From: Halalkalibacterium halodurans
GTDB taxonomy: Bacteria; Bacillota; Bacilli; Bacillales; Bacillaceae_D
Assembly (NCBI RefSeq): GCF_004376175.1
Contig: NZ_SNUY01000024.1
Location: 1-32,000, forward strand
DNA length: 32,000 nt
Reading direction: 5' to 3'
The translations under genes were made by a program, and so were the position numbers. Positions within the stretch are counted from its first letter, which is position 1. Each line of letters opens with the position of its first letter. Shown here piece by piece: positions 25,526-32,000 of the stretch. The notes under the pieces are model-generated. The model saw only the letters and a list, made by a program, of their open reading frames with translations, was not told the origin of the DNA and searched no databases.

Positions 25526-26473
25526 GTGCAAATGTCACATTTGTATACAAAGCACATTTATTTCATCGGTGGAAAGGGAGGCGTGGGTAAGTCAACGTCT
25601 GCTGCATCATTTGCTTGGCGTTGCGCTGAACGTGGAGAGAAAACGCTTCTCATTTCCACCGATCCAGCGCACAATTTAGGAGATCTATTTCATACAGAAA
25701 TCGGCGCAAAGCATAAAAAAATAACGGATAATCTGTTTGCGACCGAAATTGATCCAGAGCAAGAAACAAGGAGATACATTCAATCGGTTAAGGATAATTT
25801 AAGGGGCATGGTGAAATCGACGATGCTGGACGAAGTAAATCGGCAGATCGATGCCGCCGCCGCGACACCCGGTGCAGATGAAGCAGCGATGTTTAATGCG
25901 ATTTCATCCATTGTATTAGACGAACAAGGAACGTACGACAAGCTCGTTTTTGATACAGCGCCGACTGGACACACGATCCGTCTATTGACTCTTCCGGAAA
26001 TGATGGGCGTCTGGATCGATGGGATGGTGAAAAAACGGAAAAAAATAAACGAAAACTATTCCAATTTGTTAAACGATGGGGAACCAGTAGATGATCCGAT
26101 CTACGATACTCTGCAGCAGCGGAAAGAGCGATTTGCTGCCGTTCGAAACGTATTACTCGATCCGAAAAAGACGGGGTTCATGTTTGTTTTAATACCAGAG
26201 CGGCTGCCGATATTGGAAACGGAAAAAGCTGTCAAGCTCCTAGCAAAACACGATTTACATGTGGAGACATTAATCATTAATAAAATTTTGCCAGATGTAG
26301 CAGATGGCCAATTTTTAGAAAAAAGAAGACAAATAGAACAGCGATACTTGCAGCAAATTCACAACACTTTTCGCAAGCAAACGTTACTGCGCGTTCCGTT
26401 GTTTCCAGAAGACATCGGTTCAATTGAAGCGCTCTACCATTTTGCTCGTTATTTAGAACCGACAGCCTCATAA
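25526..26473 (+). CDS. ArsA/Get3 (TRC40) family ATPase, single-domain
   Basis: Deviant Walker A GGKGGVGKST, family signature TDPAHNLGD, and switch II FDTAPTGHTIRLL. 315 aa. SD GGAGAAGGA lies upstream. Start is GTG 25526 or ATG 25532. Confidence 0.88.
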   Translation: MQMSHLYTKHIYFIGGKGGVGKSTSAASFAWRCAERGEKTLLISTDPAHNLGDLFHTEIGAKHKKITDNLFATEIDPEQETRRYIQSVKDNLRGMVKSTMLDEVNRQIDAAAATPGADEAAMFNAISSIVLDEQGTYDKLVFDTAPTGHTIRLLTLPEMMGVWIDGMVKKRKKINENYSNLLNDGEPVDDPIYDTLQQRKERFAAVRNVLLDPKKTGFMFVLIPERLPILETEKAVKLLAKHDLHVETLIINKILPDVADGQFLEKRRQIEQRYLQQIHNTFRKQTLLRVPLFPEDIGSIEALYHFARYLEPTAS

Positions 26474-26479
26474 AATTTT

Positions 26480-27055
26480 TTGAAACTTCTTACGGTGTCT
26501 AACGTGACCGAATCAAGCTTGGACGCCGGCATCGTGGATCGGGTGTTTATGAGAGTCGCCGATGGATTTTTAGCGTTTCCTGATACGATTGTAGCCATTG
26601 TCTTAAGTGGTTTGCTTGGGCCTGGCATCGGCAATCTCGTCCTTGCGATCGTCATGGTGAAATGGGTCAGTTATGCCCGTCTTGTACGAAGTACGGTCCT
26701 GACTGAGGTGGAAAAAGACTATGTTGCGATCGCACGGATAAACGGTTTATCGTCAAGCAAAATTATGCGTAAACACTTATTTCCTCATATCGTTGGACAT
26801 GTATTAGTAATGGCTACTTTGGACCTTGGAAAAATCATTTTGCTGATCTCAGCTTTGTCTTACATCGGGCTTGGCGCCCAACCGCCGACTCCTGAGTGGG
26901 GGGCGATGCTCAATGATTCTCGTCCTTATTTTCAGTCGATGCCGCAACTAATGATCTATCCTGGTCTCGCGATCGTCATTGTTGTGTTGCTTACCAATAT
27001 GCTGGGGGATTACTTACGAGATTATTTTGATGTGAAGAAGGAGGTGGGACAATGA
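26480..27055 (+). pseudogene. 5'-truncated ABC permease (DppC/OppC/NikC type)
   Basis: The BPD_transp_1 core is present from ...IVDRVFMRVADGFLAFPDTIVAIVL to the C-terminus. About 90-100 N-terminal residues, including TM1-2, are missing. There is no SD before TTG 26480, and the frame starts 7 nt after the ArsA-like stop. Confidence 0.75.
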
Positions 27056-27852
27056 TTTTATCTGTTGAGCAAGTGACAATTAGAAGTAAAGAAAACATCA
27101 TCGTCGATCAAGTCTCCCTCCAAATTCGAGCTGGACAGTGGTTTGCTCTCGTCGGCCAAAGTGGGAGTGGGAAAAGTTTGTTGTCCCAAGCCATTGGACA
27201 AATGTTAGCCCCTAATTTGCAAGTGGAGGGAAAGATCTCATTCAAAGGACGAGACTTGTTTACTTTATCACGAAAAGAGATGCGAACCCTTCGTGGATCT
27301 AAGATCTCTTACATTTTCCAAGACTATCAAGGCTCTTTTACACCATTTCGTACAATTGCCCAACATTTTGAAGAATACCAAAAAAACCATACAACCCGTT
27401 CGGCTAAGGAACGAAAAGGCGAAGCCATGCGTGCCCTTCAATCGGTCGGTCTTGAGGAAATGCTCTATCATCGATATCCGTTTCAGCTAAGTGGCGGCCA
27501 GCTTCAACGGGTTTCGATTGCGCTCGCTCTCTTGCTTTCACCTGATTTACTAATTGCGGATGAGGCGACAACCGCTCTTGATAGTGTTTCTGGCCATCGG
27601 ATCTTGGAACTGCTTGCGAGACGACAAAGAGAAACAGGCTGTGCCATTCTTTTTATAACCCATGATTGGCGCCATGTGAGACGTTATGCGGACCACATTG
27701 CTGTTATGAAAGAAGGGACAATAGTAGAATCAGGTAGGAAACATCGTGTACTTGATCATCCGAAAGATGATTATACAAAGCAACTGATCCAAGCAGCGCC
27801 TACGCTAGGACATGGATTGCCCTCAGGTTTGCCGGAGGTGGGGGAGGGGTGA
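27052..27852 (+). CDS. ABC transporter ATP-binding protein (OppD/DppD type)
   Basis: Walker A GQSGSGKS, signature LSGGQLQR, Walker B/D-loop LLIADEATTALD. ATGA overlap with the permease remnant. Confidence 0.88.
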   Translation: MILSVEQVTIRSKENIIVDQVSLQIRAGQWFALVGQSGSGKSLLSQAIGQMLAPNLQVEGKISFKGRDLFTLSRKEMRTLRGSKISYIFQDYQGSFTPFRTIAQHFEEYQKNHTTRSAKERKGEAMRALQSVGLEEMLYHRYPFQLSGGQLQRVSIALALLLSPDLLIADEATTALDSVSGHRILELLARRQRETGCAILFITHDWRHVRRYADHIAVMKEGTIVESGRKHRVLDHPKDDYTKQLIQAAPTLGHGLPSGLPEVGEG

Positions 27853-28610
27853 CGTTACTATCTGTCGACCATTTAGTGAAATCATACGGGACAGGAAAAG
27901 TAGCCATTTCCGATGTTTCCTTTGATGTAAATAAAGGGGAATGTCTCGGCCTTGTTGGGGAGAGTGGTTGCGGAAAAAGCACTCTTGCCCGTTGTTTACT
28001 ACGAATCGAATCGATTGATCGTGGTTCGATTACGTTTAAACATCAATCAATTGAGCGCCTTAAAGAGCGGCGATTACGCCCGTTTCGCAAAGATCTACAG
28101 GCTGTATTTCAAAACCCAACGGCGGCCTTGAATCCGAAGCTTAAAGTGAAAGATTCCCTCCTTGACCCATACGACCAATACAAACAGGGGCTCAAGCTTC
28201 GTCATTTTAGCTACACGTCAAAAAACGCTTTTGTTAGACAGCTCCTAGAGGCGGTAGAACTTCCAAGCTCTTTAGCAGAGCGTTATCCTCATGAGCTGAG
28301 CGGGGGACAACGTCAGCGGGTTACGATCGCTCGAGCGATAAGTATAGAGCCAGCCCTGATCATTTTAGATGAACTTACAGCGAGCCTTGATGTGATTTCA
28401 CAAGGGGCGATTCTCCGCTTGCTCTCAGACCTGCGGAACACGCTAAATGTAGCGTACTTGTTTATTTCCCATGACCTTGCCGCTGTGGAACAAATGAGTC
28501 AACGAATCATCGTAATGAAAGATGGCACGTTTGTCGATGAATTTCAGAGTGACCACTTATTTTCAGAAGGACGTCATCCGTATACGAAGGAATTGATCTC
28601 CATTTTTTAA
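27849..28610 (+). CDS. ABC transporter ATP-binding protein (OppF/DppF type)
   Basis: Walker A GESGCGKS, signature LSGGQRQR, Walker B IILDE with an atypical D-loop LTASLD. C-terminal HPYTKELI. GTGA overlap with the upstream ATPase gene. Confidence 0.88.
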   Translation: MTLLSVDHLVKSYGTGKVAISDVSFDVNKGECLGLVGESGCGKSTLARCLLRIESIDRGSITFKHQSIERLKERRLRPFRKDLQAVFQNPTAALNPKLKVKDSLLDPYDQYKQGLKLRHFSYTSKNAFVRQLLEAVELPSSLAERYPHELSGGQRQRVTIARAISIEPALIILDELTASLDVISQGAILRLLSDLRNTLNVAYLFISHDLAAVEQMSQRIIVMKDGTFVDEFQSDHLFSEGRHPYTKELISIF

Positions 28611-28708
28611 TCAATCATTCAAATGAGGAGCCAGCTTTAACCATAAGTCAAACGGATGGAAAAGGACTTATGACCTGAAAACACGAATAGCAGTGGGCAT
28701 TTATCCCA

Positions 28709-28745
28709 ACGACCACCTACTTAAGCAGGTGGTCGTTTCATTTTT
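28709..28745 (+). terminator. rho-independent terminator of the ABC remnant operon
   Basis: 10-bp stem acgaccacct / aggtggtcgt with loop acttaagc, followed by TTCATTTTT. Confidence 0.8.
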
Positions 28746-28812
28746 GGGTAGCTTTCATGGACAAGTTTTCAGTATAATACGTAAGAAGAGATTTTCGAAA
28801 AGGGGATAGTGT

Positions 28813-29805
28813 ATGCAACAATCCCGACAACGATTGTGGATGTTAGTGGCAACTTTAATTGTTGTAGCCATCATCTTAATGATTCTTTGCTATCAATCAG
28901 TAAAAATTGTGTTAAGTCCAGATACTGAACCAACTGACCGAGTCATCATGAGTATTTTTACGTCAGATAAACTGGTGGATCAGAGTTGGGGCAGCTTAGC
29001 CTATTTGGCTCAGCTCCATGTGGAGAAGAAGTTTCCGGTCGATATTGAACTTTATAGTGAAGTCGATACAATAGAGAAAATGGAAGAATCCTTGCATGCC
29101 TCCATAGATCGAAAAACGGAACTGATTATTGGGCACGGGCGAGAGTTTTCTGACTTTTTTACAAAAGTTGCACCAAGCTATCCAACTGTTCGATTTGTTA
29201 CGATTCATGGAAGCGCAACTTATGAGAATCAAACGGTCTATACGTTTGAAAAGGGGAAAATTGAACTGATTGCAGCCCTTGCCGCTACGATGAAATCGAA
29301 AACGAGAAAAGTGGCACTCATCGATGCTTATGATGGACGAGAAGATGAGCCTTATTTTGAACGAGGCCTTGAAAAATATGCTAATGATATCGAGTTTTTT
29401 TATTACGTTGTAAACAGCCGCCATGATGGAAAGCAGGCGAAAGCAGTGATGGATAAATTAATAAAAGAAGGAGTTGACGTCGTCTATTCCCGTGGCAACG
29501 CGTTCAACCGAGACGTGATTCATTACGCGAAACAACATGACATCTATGTCATCGGCTTTCTTGATGACCAGTCGTACCTTGGTGAGGAGCACGTGCTGAC
29601 AAGTGTATTGAACGATGTTACTCAGGCCTATGTTAAAATTATAGAAGATTATTTTAACGAGGAAGAGCCTTTTCCAAATGGGATCGTTATCCTCTCGGGA
29701 AAAGACGGTGTTTTTCGCTTGGCGCCTTTCGGGAAGATGTTTACAGAGGAAGAAAAAAAACGTTTACAGGAAGAGTTGGATCGCTACTATCGTGGTGAAT
29801 TATAG
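28813..29805 (+). CDS. BMP-family (basic membrane protein / Med-like) membrane-anchored binding protein
   Basis: N-terminal TM segment LWMLVATLIVVAIILMIL with no canonical lipobox. BMP/PnrA-like periplasmic binding fold pattern (DQSWGSLAY..., GHGREFSDFF, VALIDAYDG). SD AAAGGGGA precedes ATG 28813. Confidence 0.75.
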   Translation: MQQSRQRLWMLVATLIVVAIILMILCYQSVKIVLSPDTEPTDRVIMSIFTSDKLVDQSWGSLAYLAQLHVEKKFPVDIELYSEVDTIEKMEESLHASIDRKTELIIGHGREFSDFFTKVAPSYPTVRFVTIHGSATYENQTVYTFEKGKIELIAALAATMKSKTRKVALIDAYDGREDEPYFERGLEKYANDIEFFYYVVNSRHDGKQAKAVMDKLIKEGVDVVYSRGNAFNRDVIHYAKQHDIYVIGFLDDQSYLGEEHVLTSVLNDVTQAYVKIIEDYFNEEEPFPNGIVILSGKDGVFRLAPFGKMFTEEEKKRLQEELDRYYRGEL

Positions 29806-29831
29806 ATACATTACAGGCTTGGGGATATTTT

Positions 29832-31634
29832 ATGAGAAATTGGTTCCAGTCTTTGTCATTTCGTAATCGGATTTTAGTTGTGCTATTGCTCATCACGTTA
29901 TTGATGAGCAGCTTTTCGCTTGTATTAATAGCTTCGATTAGTGAAGTGAATGATGTAAGCAAAAAAATATCAAATGAAGGTGTTCCAGAATTGGCGTGGC
30001 TTACGAGCTGGCAAGAGGAGCTCGCCGTTAAAACTTTTTTGGTGGAATCGTACTTAAACGAGGAATGGTGTTGTGATCTTGTCGAGGAATATCAATCCAT
30101 TCATTCAGATCAGGATGGCAACATCCCAGAGGCTTGGACCAGGCTTCCTTCTTCATTAGAAGAGATTAAAATGAGTATGGAGCGGCTCGATTTTGAGATG
30201 ATTAACAACGTTCAAGGGCTGCTTGACTTTGGAGATGAGGAAGGAGCCCGTTCCTATTTACAAACTCAATTTTTGCCGCGAATCGAAGAAGTCGAACTAG
30301 AATTAAGTGAAGCGAGAAGTAACGTTCTTTCGACATTAAATGATCATTCTTCTAGCTTAACGACGATCATTCATCAATCGCTATGGCTTCTGTTTATCGT
30401 GACGGTGATGGTCATCGGATTCTCCATTGTTGCTGCCTATCGCATTAGTGGAAAATTAACAAATCCTCTTGAACGAATGGTCGACCAAGTGGATGCGATT
30501 TCGAAAGGTCAATATGGACTCTATCTTACATCAACTCCTCAGTTTGAGATGCAGCAAATGACGGTGGCCATAAATGAAATGTCCAAGCGATTAAAATCGT
30601 CGTTCGATACATTATTTAACGAAAAAAAATACCGTGAGCAAATTTTAAATTCGTTGCCAATCGGAATTATTACATTCGATCATCAAAGCAATGAACTCTC
30701 ATTGAATACGGCTGCAAGACTTTGGGTGCAAGCATCTGAGTCTGATATTCTCTTGCGACAGGTTGAAGAAAATCAGGCGTTTTGGCAACTGTTTTGGTCG
30801 AATAGTATGTGTCAAAACGTGAAGGTGTCGTTCTCGAATTCAGAGGGGACTCATCAAGTGCTCGTCTCGAAAACAGAATTGTTTAATGATCAACAGATCG
30901 TCATTGGACAAATCTTTTATTTTATTGATATTACAGAAGTGGAAGAAATGGCTAAGCGCATGCACCAATCGGAGAAGCTTGCACTTGTAGGTGAAATGGC
31001 TGCTGGAGCTGCCCATGAAATTCGGAATCCACTTGCCGTGATCCACGGGTTTATTAGCTTAATGAAACAGACGATGCCTGATTCAAATGAAAACAAAAGC
31101 TATATGCCACTGCTATTGCAAGAAATTGATCGGATCAATGGTATCATTGACGAGATGCTTTTATTAGCAAAGCCAGGGGCACCAATCTTAAAGCGTGGAG
31201 ATATAAAAGAAATGGCGGAGGAGTTAATTCCGCTGATTCGCCATTCATATGGACACGATGATCTCAAGATCGAAATGAAATTAGATTCAGCTGTGGTCAT
31301 GATGGATCGGAAGCAAATGAAACAAGTGTTACACAATTTAATTAAAAACAGCATTGATGCGGTGGGGGGCACAGGGACGGTTACTCTTTATTCGAAAGTG
31401 GATGAGAGTGGTTGGTATCACCTCTTTATCCGTGATACGGGAAAAGGGATTCCTTCACACTTACAAGAGACGATCTTTGAACCGTTCTCAAGTTCAAAAG
31501 AAAGTGGCACCGGACTAGGCCTTACGATTGTTCAGCGAATCATTGAAAATCATCACGGATCGATCCAGTTGGTGGACTCCTCAGAAAATGGTACGACCTT
31601 TCAAATCTCGTTGCCGTTGGCGGATGATGCTTAA
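29832..31634 (+). CDS. orphan sensor histidine kinase (2 TM, extracytoplasmic domain, HAMP, PAS-like, HisKA, HATPase_c), KinA-E/KinD-like H-box
   Basis: TM1 ILVVLLLITLLMSSFSLVLIASI and TM2 LWLLFIVTVMVIGFSIVAAY. HAMP follows TM2. H-box EKLALVGEMAAGAAHEIRNPL. N, G1 and G2 boxes (HNLIKNSIDA, RDTGKGI, GTGLGLTIV). It lies 26 nt after the BMP gene. No response regulator is nearby. Confidence 0.88.
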   Translation: MRNWFQSLSFRNRILVVLLLITLLMSSFSLVLIASISEVNDVSKKISNEGVPELAWLTSWQEELAVKTFLVESYLNEEWCCDLVEEYQSIHSDQDGNIPEAWTRLPSSLEEIKMSMERLDFEMINNVQGLLDFGDEEGARSYLQTQFLPRIEEVELELSEARSNVLSTLNDHSSSLTTIIHQSLWLLFIVTVMVIGFSIVAAYRISGKLTNPLERMVDQVDAISKGQYGLYLTSTPQFEMQQMTVAINEMSKRLKSSFDTLFNEKKYREQILNSLPIGIITFDHQSNELSLNTAARLWVQASESDILLRQVEENQAFWQLFWSNSMCQNVKVSFSNSEGTHQVLVSKTELFNDQQIVIGQIFYFIDITEVEEMAKRMHQSEKLALVGEMAAGAAHEIRNPLAVIHGFISLMKQTMPDSNENKSYMPLLLQEIDRINGIIDEMLLLAKPGAPILKRGDIKEMAEELIPLIRHSYGHDDLKIEMKLDSAVVMMDRKQMKQVLHNLIKNSIDAVGGTGTVTLYSKVDESGWYHLFIRDTGKGIPSHLQETIFEPFSSSKESGTGLGLTIVQRIIENHHGSIQLVDSSENGTTFQISLPLADDA

Positions 31635-31692
31635 GCTGAATGAAAGACGGCTTCAGAAAAACATGAACAGAAAAGATTGTCACACGATACAA

Positions 31693-31729
31693 CGAAGAGG
31701 GAGTGGTCATTCCCTCTTCGTTTACTTTG
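31693..31729 (+). terminator. rho-independent terminator of the kinase gene
   Basis: 10-bp stem cgaagaggga / tccctcttcg with loop gtggtcat, followed by TTTACTTTG. Confidence 0.8.
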
Positions 31730-31875
31730 TCTAAGTTTGAGTCATAGGGATAATGGTCTCTTTTATGGCATTGAACTAGTTATCACTACAATCACAAATA
31801 AATGAATTTCCTCCTTACCCAATCTTTTTTCCTTCCCCATTTCATAGACTCAAGCGTACTCGGGTTATCCTCCAA

Positions 31876-31916
31876 ATAAAAAAGTAGCACAAACCATCAC
31901 GTTGGTATGTACTACT
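31876..31916 (-). terminator. rho-independent terminator of the partial minus-strand gene
   Basis: The minus strand reads agtagtaca-(16 nt)-tgtgctact (9 bp, one G:U pair) followed by TTTTTTAT. Confidence 0.65.
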
Positions 31917-31933
31917 CAATGTTTATATGCTAC

Positions 31934-32000
31934 TTAACGCCCGATAAACATTTGCGTCCAGTAATGACCGTAAGAGCCTCCACGTGCATAACCGACACCG
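31934..32000 (-). CDS. 3' end of a gene running off the window; the C-terminus resembles CAP/SCP (YkwD-like) domain proteins
   Basis: Reverse translation gives ...GVGYARGGSYGHYWTQMFIGR*. The YWTQ.F ending is what I recall for bacterial CAP-domain proteins. Only 22 codons are visible. Confidence 0.45.
   Translation of the reverse strand, partial: GVGYARGGSYGHYWTQMFIGR

Noticed and set aside
28642-28672. 8-bp hairpin cataagtc...gacttatg downstream of the second ATPase gene
   Set aside because: It has no U-tract and a 15-nt loop. The real terminator is the stronger hairpin at 28709-28745, so this is probably incidental.
28996-29424. 142-aa antisense ORF inside the BMP-family gene
   Set aside because: It is an AT-rich antisense frame with Phe/Ile/Lys-rich composition and no RBS. 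The sense frame has the recognisable domain.
31735-31875. Non-coding tail after the kinase terminator, with an AAGGAGG on the minus strand and a 17-codon minus-strand ORF (MKWGRKKDWVRRKFIYL)
   Set aside because: The SD-like sequence is not correctly spaced from any start codon. The mini-ORF start is about 22 nt from the nearest GGAGG. There is not enough evidence for a gene or an sRNA.
1-32000. Search for CRISPR arrays, tRNA/rRNA genes, IS elements, prophage or defence-island genes
   Set aside because: I saw no regularly spaced direct repeats, no cloverleaf-like or rRNA-like segments, and no transposase, integrase or restriction-like ORFs. The only mobile element supported by the sequence is the group II intron.

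Overview
This is a chromosomal segment from a Bacillaceae-type Firmicute. Support: AAAGGAGG-type ribosome-binding sites, sigma-A-like promoters, and B. subtilis-like genes (ypsC-like methyltransferase, csaA, fosB, yciC/zagA, ypvA-like helicase, cstA). GC looks mid-40s percent by eye; the exact taxon cannot be verified here. I see about 31 protein-coding genes or gene remnants and no rRNA, tRNA or CRISPR array. All family names come from motif recognition in the supplied translations, not from database searches. Main points: (1) A complete ~1.9-kb group II intron with class C hallmarks lies at 1108-3000, directly behind the terminator hairpin of the methyltransferase gene. (2) A three-gene module at 23.4-26.5 kb encodes CstA, an 87-aa protein ending in Cys-Cys-stop, and a single-domain ArsA/Get3-like ATPase. 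It has no ars genes, no assigned function, and is the best candidate here for an undescribed system. (3) That module abuts a 5'-truncated peptide/nickel-type ABC permease followed by two orphan ATPase genes, which marks a rearrangement junction. (4) An FHA + OmpR-type winged-helix regulator sits 27 nt upstream of fosB. (5) A near-consensus Zur box, a second degenerate box and an 8-codon mini-ORF precede a COG0523 zinc GTPase. (6) A Med-like BMP-family protein is paired with an orphan KinD/KinA-type sensor kinase. (7) Damaged genes are unusually dense: an MFS gene with one in-frame TAA, an MFS_3 gene frameshifted in a T6 run, the truncated permease, and an out-of-frame 5' end of the methyltransferase.
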